A stretch of 26,367 nt of DNA from Gemmatimonadota bacterium (lineage in GTDB: Bacteria; Gemmatimonadota; Gemmatimonadetes; Longimicrobiales; RSA9): contig JBBDRO010000046.1 of NCBI GenBank assembly GCA_040905425.1, forward strand, positions 4,836 through 31,202. Direction: 5' to 3'. The notes beneath the pieces were generated by a model that had not been told where the DNA came from, searched no databases, and was given only the letters and a program-made list of their open reading frames with translations. Within the stretch, counting starts at the first letter, position 1, and every line of letters begins with the position of its first letter. This document shows positions 1-7,582 of this stretch, piece by piece. The translations under genes were made by a program, and so were the position numbers.

Positions 1-1
1 C

Positions 2-322
2 CTGCCGCTCCAGCGAGCGCACCACGTCCCGCAGCAGCGCCAGCTGCGTGGACGGCCGCATGTCCACGGTGAGCGGCAGCATGACCTGACCGGCGTTGGC
101 GCCGAAGGGCACGGTGGGCAGCACGGCCACACGTGCGCCGCGCTCCCAGGCCAGCCGGCCCGCCTCCGCGGCGATGCCCTGGCTCTCCACGGTGTCCGTG
201 CCGTAGGGGAGGTGCAGGTTGTGCGGCTCCGTGGCGCCCCAGGGGAGCACCGCCAACTGCCAGTCGATGTCCTGCATCCCGGCCCACGTGCGTTCGGCCA
301 CCATCCAGGGTCGTTCAGGCAT
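2..322 (-). CDS. Creatininase/creatinine amidohydrolase family protein (3' end runs off the window)
   Basis: Not in the ORF track; translated by hand from ATG at 322 (GAGGAG RBS upstream): MPERPWMVAERTWAGMQDIDWQLAVLPWGATEPHNLHLPYGTDTVES..., which contains the family motif LPxGxxExHxxHLPxGTD. Confidence 0.85.
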   Translation of the reverse strand, partial: MPERPWMVAERTWAGMQDIDWQLAVLPWGATEPHNLHLPYGTDTVESQGIAAEAGRLAWERGARVAVLPTVPFGANAGQVMLPLTVDMRPSTQLALLRDVVRSLERQ

Positions 323-343
323 ATCCGTCTCCTCGATTGGTGT

Positions 344-1486
344 TCACCGCAGCGTGCGCCGGAAGCGCAGCGTGGCCAGCGTGAGGATCCCGGCCGCCAT
401 GGCCGTCAGCACCAGCAACTGAGGCCACAGCACGGCCAGCCCCGCCCCCTTCAGGAAGACGCCGCGCACGATTTCCAGGAAGTAGCGCAGCGGATTCAGC
501 AGCGTGAGCCCCTGGAAGAAGTCCGGCATGGTGTGGATCGGGTACATGAAGCCAGACAGGATGATGAGCGGCAGGATGACCATGAACATCCCCATGAAGG
601 CCTCCTGCTGCGTGTTCGACACCGTGGAGATGAACAGGCCCAGCCCCAGGGAGGCCAGGATGAAGACCGCGCTGGCCGCGAGCAGGAGGAGCGGGTTGCC
701 GCGGAACGGAATGTCGAACCACAGGATGGCCACCGCCACCACCAGCACCAGGTCCGCCAGGCCGATGAGCGCCACCGGCAGCGTCTTGCCGAGCATCAGC
801 TCGCCGGCGGAGAGCGGGCTCACCATGAGCTGCTCCAGGGTGCCCAGCTCCCGCTCGCGCACCACGGTCATGGCGGTGAGCAGGAAGCACATGAGGATCA
901 GGATGAGCGCCACTACGGCGGGCACGTTGTAGACGCGGCTGGCCAGGTCCGGGTTGTACCAGGCGCGGGTGCGGAGCTCCACGCCGGTGGGCAGAGGCGC
1001 GGCATTCGCGCCGCCCGCGCCAGTCCCGCCCGCCCCCGCCCGCGCCAACCCGAAGCTCCGTACGATGCGCGTGGCGTAGCCCTGCGCCACGGTGGCGGTG
1101 TTGGAGTTGGTGCCGTCCACCAGCACCTGCACGGTGGCGCCGCGGCCGCCCGCCAGATCGGCGGCGAAGCCGCGCGGGATCCACAGCCCCACCGCCACGC
1201 TGCCTCGGTCCAGCGCAGCGTCCAGATCGGCCGGGCGCGCGGAGCGGCCCACCACCTGGAAGTAGCCGGGCGCCGTGAAGGCGTCCAGCAGCGCGCGCGA
1301 GGCCTCCGTCCGGTCGTGGTCCACCACGAAGGTGGCCACGCGCGTGACGTCCGTGTTCACGGCGTAGCCGAAGAGCAGGAGCTGGATGATGGGCGCGCCG
1401 AACACCATGCGCTTGGTCTTGGGATCGCGGAAGAGCTGGCGCAGCTCCTTGCGCAGCAGGGCCCGGACGCGCGGCACGGAGATCAT
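344..1486 (-). CDS. ABC-2 type transporter permease (YbhR-like)
   Basis: C-terminal part of ORF 344..2173; start placed at MISVPRVRALLRKELRQLFRD (ATGA overlap with upstream stop). Motifs QLLLFGYAVNTDV, AWYNP, VRERELGTLEQLMVSP, NPLRYF; multiple TM helices. Confidence 0.92.
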   Translation of the reverse strand: MISVPRVRALLRKELRQLFRDPKTKRMVFGAPIIQLLLFGYAVNTDVTRVATFVVDHDRTEASRALLDAFTAPGYFQVVGRSARPADLDAALDRGSVAVGLWIPRGFAADLAGGRGATVQVLVDGTNSNTATVAQGYATRIVRSFGLARAGAGGTGAGGANAAPLPTGVELRTRAWYNPDLASRVYNVPAVVALILILMCFLLTAMTVVRERELGTLEQLMVSPLSAGELMLGKTLPVALIGLADLVLVVAVAILWFDIPFRGNPLLLLAASAVFILASLGLGLFISTVSNTQQEAFMGMFMVILPLIILSGFMYPIHTMPDFFQGLTLLNPLRYFLEIVRGVFLKGAGLAVLWPQLLVLTAMAAGILTLATLRFRRTLR

Positions 1487-2604
1487 GCGGCGATCCGCTT
1501 GCGGAAGGCCAGCGTGGCCAGCCCCAGCCCCACGGTGGCAAAGATCAGCATGGCCACGCCCTGCACCCAGAGCACCTGGATGCCCACCCCCTTGAGGAAG
1601 ATGCCGCGCGTGACCGCCACGTAGTAGCGCGCGGGGATGACCAGGGTGATGGCGCGCAGCACCGCGGGCATGCTGGCAATGTCGAAGAGGAAGCCCGACA
1701 GCAGCAGCGCCGGCAGGTAGGTGGCCACCATGGCCACCTGCGTGGCCAGCACCTGGGACTTGAGCGCGGCCGAGATGAAGATGCCCAGCCCCAGCGCGCC
1801 CAGCAGGAAGAGCAGCGTGAGCACCGCCAGCAGCAGCACGCTGCCGTTCAGCGGCACGCCGAAGAGCGTCACGCCCACCGCCACCGCCAGCGCCACGTCC
1901 GCCATGCCGATCACCACGTAGGGGAGCAGCTTGCCGAGCACCACCTCCAGGCGGTGCACGGGGGTGGACGCCAGCTGCTCCATGGTGCCCCGCTCCCACT
2001 CCCGCGCGATGGTGAGCGCCGTGAGCATGGCCGCGATGATGGACATGATGACGGCGATCAGCCCCGGCACGATCATGTTGCGGGACGCCAGCGTGGGGTT
2101 GTACCAGACGCGGCTCTCGGCGTCGGCGGGCAGCGCCACGGTGCGGCCGCTGAGGACGGCATCGCGCGACCACCGGCCCGCGATGGCCTCGGCGTAGTTC
2201 AGCGCGATGGTGGCGGTGTTGGCGTCCGCGCCGTCGAGGAGGAGCTGCACGGGGGCCGGACCGCCGGCACTCATGCGGCGCGAGAAGTCGGGCGGGATGA
2301 TCAGCACGCCGGCCACGCTGCCGCGCACCAGTAGCCTGTCCGCGTCAGAGCGGCGTGCCGGGCGCACGGCCACCACGAAGTAGCCGCTGGCGGTGAAGGC
2401 GTCCACCAGTCGCTCGCCGCGCGTGCCCGCGTCCTCGTTCACCACGGCCAGCGGCAGGTCATCCACGTCCCAGGTGATGGCGTAGCCGAAGAAGATCAGC
2501 ATGAGCACGGGCACCGCGAAGGCCAGCGCCAGGCTGCGCGGGTCGCGGCGGATCTGGATGGTCTCCTTGCGGGCCATGGCCAGCAGGCGGACGGCGTCGA
2601 TCAT
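1483..2604 (-). CDS. ABC-2 type transporter permease (YbhS-like)
   Basis: C-terminal part of ORF 1483..3000; start MIDAVRLLAMARKETIQIRRD overlaps the ATPase stop. Motifs FFGYAITWDV, VWYNP, AREWERGTMEQL, PARYY. Confidence 0.92.
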   Translation of the reverse strand: MIDAVRLLAMARKETIQIRRDPRSLALAFAVPVLMLIFFGYAITWDVDDLPLAVVNEDAGTRGERLVDAFTASGYFVVAVRPARRSDADRLLVRGSVAGVLIIPPDFSRRMSAGGPAPVQLLLDGADANTATIALNYAEAIAGRWSRDAVLSGRTVALPADAESRVWYNPTLASRNMIVPGLIAVIMSIIAAMLTALTIAREWERGTMEQLASTPVHRLEVVLGKLLPYVVIGMADVALAVAVGVTLFGVPLNGSVLLLAVLTLLFLLGALGLGIFISAALKSQVLATQVAMVATYLPALLLSGFLFDIASMPAVLRAITLVIPARYYVAVTRGIFLKGVGIQVLWVQGVAMLIFATVGLGLATLAFRKRIAA

Positions 2605-3353
2605 CCCACCACCGCTCCCCCCTCGCGGCGCACCAGCTCCACGAAGACGTCCTCCAGCGAGGCGTCCGGCGTCTCCAGCCGCGCCCGCAGCTCCCCCGGC
2701 GTGCCCTCGGCAATGACCCGCCCACGGTTCATGAGGAGCAGCCGGTTGCAGTACTCGGCCTCCTCCATGTAGTGCGTGCTCACCAGCACCGTGGTGCCGC
2801 CCTCGGCCAGCGCGTCGATGAGGTCCCAGAAGGCGCGCCGCGCCACCGGGTCCACGCCCGACGTGGGCTCGTCCAGGAAGAGGATGGGCGGCTCGTGCAG
2901 GACGGCGCAGCCGAGCGCCAGACGCTGCTTCCAGCCCAGCGGCAACTCCGCCGTGAGGCGCTTCTCCTGGCCCTCCAGCCCGGCCATCTCCAGCACCCAT
3001 GCGCGGCGCGCACGGAAGCGCTCCCCGGTGACCTCGTAGAGGCCGCCGAAGAGGTCGATGTTCTCCGCCACGGTGAGGTCCCCGTAGAGGGAGAAGAGCT
3101 GCGACATGTAGCCCAGCCGGCCGCGCAGCCGGCGCGACTCCGCGGCCGGATCCAGCCCGGCCACGCGAGCCACGCCGGAGGAGGGCGGCAGCAGCCCCGT
3201 GAGCATGCGGATGGTGGTGGTCTTGCCCGCGCCGTTCGGACCCAGGAAGCCGAACACCTGGCCGGTCTGCACCTGGAATGTGGCGTGGTCCACCGCCACG
3301 AAATCGCCGAAGCGGCGCGTCAGCTCGCGCGCCTGGATGGCCGCCTCAGACAT
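2601..3353 (-). CDS. ABC transporter ATP-binding protein (single NBD, like C-terminal half of YbhF)
   Basis: Walker A GPNGAGKTT, degenerate signature LPLGWKQR, Walker B ILFLDEPTSGVDP, H-loop STHYMEEAE. Confidence 0.95.
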   Translation of the reverse strand: MSEAAIQARELTRRFGDFVAVDHATFQVQTGQVFGFLGPNGAGKTTTIRMLTGLLPPSSGVARVAGLDPAAESRRLRGRLGYMSQLFSLYGDLTVAENIDLFGGLYEVTGERFRARRAWVLEMAGLEGQEKRLTAELPLGWKQRLALGCAVLHEPPILFLDEPTSGVDPVARRAFWDLIDALAEGGTTVLVSTHYMEEAEYCNRLLLMNRGRVIAEGTPGELRARLETPDASLEDVFVELVRREGGAVVG

Positions 3354-4290
3354 CGGCCCCCACGCGCTCGATGAAGACGTCCTCCAGCGACGGGCGGATC
3401 ACCTCCACCCCGTCCACCTCCATGCTGCCGAGCGCCGCACGCACGAGGGCCTCCCCGTCCGCCGCCTCGTCCACCACCACGTGCACCGCCTGGCCGAAGA
3501 GTGACGCGCGTCGCACACCGGGCGCGGCGCGCAACGCGTCGCGCGCGGCCCGGGCCGGACGCGCGCGGACCGCGAGCAGGGAGCCGTGCATCGTCGCTTG
3601 CAAACGGGCCGGTGTGTCCAGATCCAGGATGCGGCCCTGGTGCAGCATGGCCACGCGGTGGCAGCGCTCGGCCTCGTCCAGGTAGGAGGTGGTGAGCACG
3701 ATGGTGACGCCGCGCTCGTTCATCTCGCGCAGGATGGCCCACAGCTCGCGGCGCGAGATGGGGTCCACGCCGAAGGTGGGCTCGTCCAGGAGGAGCAGTT
3801 CGGGCTCGTGGATGAGGGCGCAGGAGAGCGCCAGCTTCTGCTTCATGCCGCCCGACAGGTTGGCGGCCAGGCGGTCGGTGAAGGGCCCGAGATTGGAGAA
3901 GCGGTAGAGGCGCTCCAGGCGCTCCGGGCGCGCCGCGCGGGGCACGCGGTAGAGGTCCGCGTAGAAGCGCAGATTCTCCGCCACGGTGAGGTCCCCGTAG
4001 AGGCCGAAGCGCTGGGCCATGTAGGCCACGCGCGGCTTGGCGCCCTCGGGGTCGGTGCCCACGTCCACGCCCAGCACCTCGGCCCGCCCGCCGCTGGGCG
4101 GCAGCACGCCGGCCAGCATGCGCAGCGTGGTGGTCTTGCCCGCGCCGTCGGGGCCCACGATGCCGAACAGCTCGCCGCGCCGCACCTCCAGCGCCAGCCC
4201 GTCCACCGCCGTGAGCGGACCGAAGCGGCGCGTCAGTCCGGAGAGCCGCACCACCGGATCATAAGCGACGGTCACTTCATCCGCGTTCAT
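3346..4290 (-). CDS. ABC transporter ATP-binding protein (single NBD, like N-terminal half of YbhF)
   Basis: Walker A GPDGAGKTT, signature LSGGMKQK, Walker B LLLLDEPTFGVDP; H-loop reads TTSYLDEAE (His absent). Confidence 0.95.
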   Translation of the reverse strand: MNADEVTVAYDPVVRLSGLTRRFGPLTAVDGLALEVRRGELFGIVGPDGAGKTTTLRMLAGVLPPSGGRAEVLGVDVGTDPEGAKPRVAYMAQRFGLYGDLTVAENLRFYADLYRVPRAARPERLERLYRFSNLGPFTDRLAANLSGGMKQKLALSCALIHEPELLLLDEPTFGVDPISRRELWAILREMNERGVTIVLTTSYLDEAERCHRVAMLHQGRILDLDTPARLQATMHGSLLAVRARPARAARDALRAAPGVRRASLFGQAVHVVVDEAADGEALVRAALGSMEVDGVEVIRPSLEDVFIERVGADV

Positions 4291-5300
4291 CGCGCTCCGT
4301 CCGCCGTCGGCGGCCCGGCACCCGCCAGCGTCACGTCCGCCGGCATGCCGGGCTTCAGCTGGCCGGCGCTGTCACCCGTCACCGCCACCTTCACCGCGTA
4401 GACCAGCTTCACGCGCTCCTCGGGCGTCTGCACGTTGCGCGGCGTGAACTCGGCCTGGCTGGCAATGAAGGTCACGCGCCCCTCGTAGGCGCGCTCGGGG
4501 TAGCTGTCCACCGTGATGCGGGCGGCCTGCCCGAGCGCCACGCGGCCCACCCGGTCCTCCGCCACGTAGATGCGCACCCAGCGATCGTTCGGGTCCATCA
4601 CCGTGAGCACGGGCTGGCCGGGGCCGACCGCCTCCCCCTCTTCGCGATGGCGCACCGTCACCACGCCCGCGAAGGGCGCGCGGATGAGCGCGTTGTCGAG
4701 TGCGGCGTCCACCTGCTGTAACGCCGCCTGGGTCTGGCGGTGCTGCGCGGCCGCGGCGTCGATGCGCTCCTGGCGGGGGCCCGTGCGGGTGAGGTCCAGC
4801 TGCTCGGCCGCCTGGTCGCGGGCGGCGCGGGCCACCTCGGCGGCCGTGGCGGCGCGCTCCAGCGCCTCCTGGCTGATGGCCCCGCCCGCGTGCAGCCGCT
4901 CCGCGCGCTGGTGGGCGCGGACGGCCTCGGCCAGCCGGGCCGCGGCGGCCTGCAGCGCCGCCTCCGCCTGGCGCCGCTCCTCCGGGCGGGGCCCGCGCCG
5001 GACCTCCGCCAGCGCCGCCGCGGCGGCGTCCTCCTGCGCGGCGGCAGCGCCGCGCAGGGCGGCCAGCTCGGCCGTGTCCAGCATGGCCAGCGGCTGTCCC
5101 ACAGCCACTCGCTCTCCCTCGCCGACGTGCATGGCCGCCACGCGTCCGCCGGCCTGGAAGCCCAGGTCCGCCTCGCGCGCCTCCACCGTGCCCGAGGCGC
5201 CGAGAGTGTCCTCCGGTTCGCTCCCGCCGAGCACCAGCCAGGCGGTGACGGCCAGCGCCGCCACCAGGATGAGGGCCGCCGCAATGCGCTTGGGTGTCAT
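4287..5300 (-). CDS. HlyD/YbhG-family periplasmic adaptor (membrane fusion protein)
   Basis: N-terminal TM anchor, ASGTVEA, lipoyl half-motifs (VGEGERV, IRAPFAGVV), long Ala-rich helical hairpin, AEFTPRNVQTPEER and LKPGMPADV motifs. Confidence 0.93.
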   Translation of the reverse strand: MTPKRIAAALILVAALAVTAWLVLGGSEPEDTLGASGTVEAREADLGFQAGGRVAAMHVGEGERVAVGQPLAMLDTAELAALRGAAAAQEDAAAAALAEVRRGPRPEERRQAEAALQAAAARLAEAVRAHQRAERLHAGGAISQEALERAATAAEVARAARDQAAEQLDLTRTGPRQERIDAAAAQHRQTQAALQQVDAALDNALIRAPFAGVVTVRHREEGEAVGPGQPVLTVMDPNDRWVRIYVAEDRVGRVALGQAARITVDSYPERAYEGRVTFIASQAEFTPRNVQTPEERVKLVYAVKVAVTGDSAGQLKPGMPADVTLAGAGPPTADGAR

Positions 5301-6727
5301 GTCTCCGCCTCCGTGTTGCCGGCCAGCCAGTCCAGGGTCAGGGCCCCCGTGGCGCGCGCCAGGGCGGCCCGCGCCGTGAGCGCCTCCGAGCGTGCCTCCA
5401 CCAGGCCGGCCCGCGCACGGAAGAGCTCCGCTTCAGCCGCCAGCCAGTCCGTCTGTGTGCCGGCGCCCTCGTCCAGCGCCAGCCGTTCGATGCGCGCCAC
5501 CTCGGCGTACTGGGTGACCGCCGCGTCCAGCGCCCCGGCCCGGGCCGTGGCCGCGGTGAGCGCCACCAGCGCGGCGTCCGCGGCGGCGGCCGCGCGGAGC
5601 TCCGCCAGGCGCAGGTCGGCCTCGGCGGCGGCCAGCTCGGCGCCGGCCCGGTCGGCGGCCGCGCCCCGTGCGCCGCCCGTGAAGAGCGGGTAGGCCACCC
5701 GCACGCCGCCCTGCCACTCGGCCGTGAAGTTCCCCGCCGTGGAGCCGTAGCCGCTGTAGCGGGCCATGGCGTCCACGCGCGGCAGCCAGAGGGCGCGCGC
5801 CTCCCCGCCGCTGGCGCGGGCGGCCGCCACGCGCCGGCGCGCCGCCGCCACCTCCGGGCTGGCCTCCGCGGCCCGCGCGGCCGCATCGGCGTGCGTGGGC
5901 GGCTCCGGCGGCGCGGCAGGCGGCGGCTCCAACGGCCGCTCGCGCACCTCCGCCGGCGCCGCCCCCATGAGCCGCGCCAGCTCCCGCTCCGCCGCGTCCA
6001 GGCGCGCCGCCGCCCCCAGCGAATCCGCCCGCGCCGTGGCCAGCGCCGCGTCGGCGCGGAGCACCACCAGCCGCGCCGCGCTGCCCTCCGCCAGCAGCTG
6101 CCCGGCGCGCGCGCTCTCGGCCCGGATGGCCGCCATGCGCGCGCCCGCCGCCGCCACCACCTGGCGGGCCGCCGCCAGCGCGCCGTACTGGCGCACCACG
6201 CTCACCAACAGCGCCTGCCGCGCCCCGCGGAGCCCCTCGGCCGCGGCCTCCGCCAGCGCCCCGGCGCGCTCGCTCCGTGCGCCCCGGGCCCCGCCGTCCC
6301 ACGCCGTCCAGCTGAGCCCCACGTTGCCCTGCGTGAGCGTGCGCTCGAAGGCGGGCACGTTGGCGGGATCGAAGGCGTGCAGCGGCGCCACGATCATGGG
6401 CTCCTGGAAGTGCGTGAGCGCGCTCTCGAGCGCCACCTGCGGCAGGCGCGCCGCGGCGGCCTCCGCCACCCCGCTCTGCGCCCGCGCCTCGGCGGCGGAG
6501 GCCGCCGCTATGGACGGATGGCTGGCCAGGGCACGCCGTCCGGCCTCCGCCACGGTGAGGGGCGCGGACTGTGCCGCCGCGGGCCGGGACGCGCCTGGCG
6601 CCGTCGTGGCGGCGGGCGGCGCCGTGTCCTGCCCCGCGAGGGGCGCGGCCAGCGGGCCGGCACCTGCCGCTGCGGCGGCGGCCAGCACGCTTAGCGCCAG
6701 GGTCCCGAGCGCGTGCGTGTGTCTCAT
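5297..6727 (-). CDS. TolC-family outer membrane efflux protein
   Basis: Signal peptide, two OEP-like repeats (RLPQVAL...WTAWDGG; WLPRVDA...YPLFTGG), C-terminal ALARATG; sits between TetR and HlyD genes. Confidence 0.9.
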   Translation of the reverse strand: MRHTHALGTLALSVLAAAAAAGAGPLAAPLAGQDTAPPAATTAPGASRPAAAQSAPLTVAEAGRRALASHPSIAAASAAEARAQSGVAEAAAARLPQVALESALTHFQEPMIVAPLHAFDPANVPAFERTLTQGNVGLSWTAWDGGARGARSERAGALAEAAAEGLRGARQALLVSVVRQYGALAAARQVVAAAGARMAAIRAESARAGQLLAEGSAARLVVLRADAALATARADSLGAAARLDAAERELARLMGAAPAEVRERPLEPPPAAPPEPPTHADAAARAAEASPEVAAARRRVAAARASGGEARALWLPRVDAMARYSGYGSTAGNFTAEWQGGVRVAYPLFTGGARGAAADRAGAELAAAEADLRLAELRAAAAADAALVALTAATARAGALDAAVTQYAEVARIERLALDEGAGTQTDWLAAEAELFRARAGLVEARSEALTARAALARATGALTLDWLAGNTEAET

Positions 6728-7392
6728 GTTCGCTCCTCCAGAGCGGCGCGGACAAAGGATGCCGCGTGATCGGCCAGGCCGCGGCGCGTCTCCGGCTCCT
6801 GGACGTCCACGCCGGTGAATGCCTGCAGCGGGCGCTGCACCAGGTTCAGGTGGATGGGCACGGACAGGATGCTGATCCCCATGAGGGCTGGATCCCCATC
6901 GCGGATGCTGCCCTCCATCTGCCCCTCCATGACCAGCCCCGTGAGCGCGCGGATCATGTCACCGAGCGGACCGCCCAGGGCCTGGGGCGGGCGGTCGGCC
7001 AGCAGCACACGCAGCATGAGACCCGGAATCCACGGATGGTCGTGCAACTGCTCGAAGTGGGTGCGCGCCACCTCACCCACGCGCTCCAGCGGCGGCGCGT
7101 CCCGGCCCACCACCCTCTTCACTGCCTCAACGAGAGGGCGGAGCGCACTGGTCACCACCGCGGCGTAGAGGCCCTCCTTGGAGCCGAAGTGGTAGGTGAT
7201 GGCGCCCAGGTTGGCGCCCGCGGCGGCGGTGATCTCGCGCACCGACACGCCGTCGTAGCCGCGCGCGCCGAAGCGGGGCGTGGCGGCGGCCACGAGCGCC
7301 AGGGCGGTTTCGTGCTCCGGCGCTGCCACCGCCTGCGGGCGGTCCGTGAACTCGGCCACGCGGGCACTGAACCAGCGATCTGATTGATTCAT
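6724..7392 (-). CDS. TetR/AcrR-family regulator (CecR/YbiH-like) of the efflux operon
   Basis: C-terminal half of ORF 6724..8055; HTH FGARGYDGVSVREITAAAGANLGAITYHFGSKEGLY. Start at ATG 7392 is a best guess; a downstream GTG is possible. Confidence 0.88.
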   Translation of the reverse strand: MNQSDRWFSARVAEFTDRPQAVAAPEHETALALVAAATPRFGARGYDGVSVREITAAAGANLGAITYHFGSKEGLYAAVVTSALRPLVEAVKRVVGRDAPPLERVGEVARTHFEQLHDHPWIPGLMLRVLLADRPPQALGGPLGDMIRALTGLVMEGQMEGSIRDGDPALMGISILSVPIHLNLVQRPLQAFTGVDVQEPETRRGLADHAASFVRAALEERT

Positions 7393-7406
7393 ACGTTTGT
7401 ATGAAT
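7387..7406. promoter_or_regulatory. Palindromic operator, probably bound by the adjacent TetR
   Basis: Perfect inverted repeat ATTCATAC-GTTT-GTATGAAT, AT-rich in a very GC-rich background, overlapping the tetR start codon and putative -10. Confidence 0.7.
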
Positions 7407-7430
7407 AGCATGGCGAGCGCTTTCCGTCAA
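7402..7430 (-). promoter_or_regulatory. Putative sigma70 promoter of the tetR-tolC-hlyD-ABC operon
   Basis: Minus strand TTGACG (7430-7425), 17 nt spacer ending in TGC, then TATTCA (7407-7402): good -35, imperfect extended -10. Confidence 0.5.
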
Positions 7431-7582
7431 GGACCATGGGCGCACCTGTTCCCGCCGCCGTGCTGTCGGGATCGACCCCACAGACTTTCCGCCCCTCCCT
7501 GACAGACCCTTCCCCTGTGCGCCGCCTAGCTTTCCGGCGGACCCACGGCGGACCCACGGTGGCCGGAAACGCAGGAGAGCCG

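Noticed and set aside
3061..4003. Exact 30-bp repeat TTCTCCGCCACGGTGAGGTCCCCGTAGAGG at 3061-3090 and 3974-4003
   Set aside because: Encodes the same conserved peptide (LYGDLTVAEN) in two paralogous ABC ATPases; explained by protein conservation and codon bias, not a mobile or CRISPR repeat.
212..6818. Long plus-strand ORFs (e.g. 212..1624, 4740..5693, 5294..6694, 5766..6818) antisense to the efflux operon
   Set aside because: Shadow ORFs typical of high-GC DNA; low-complexity R/A/G/P translations, no motifs, fully overlapping well-supported genes.
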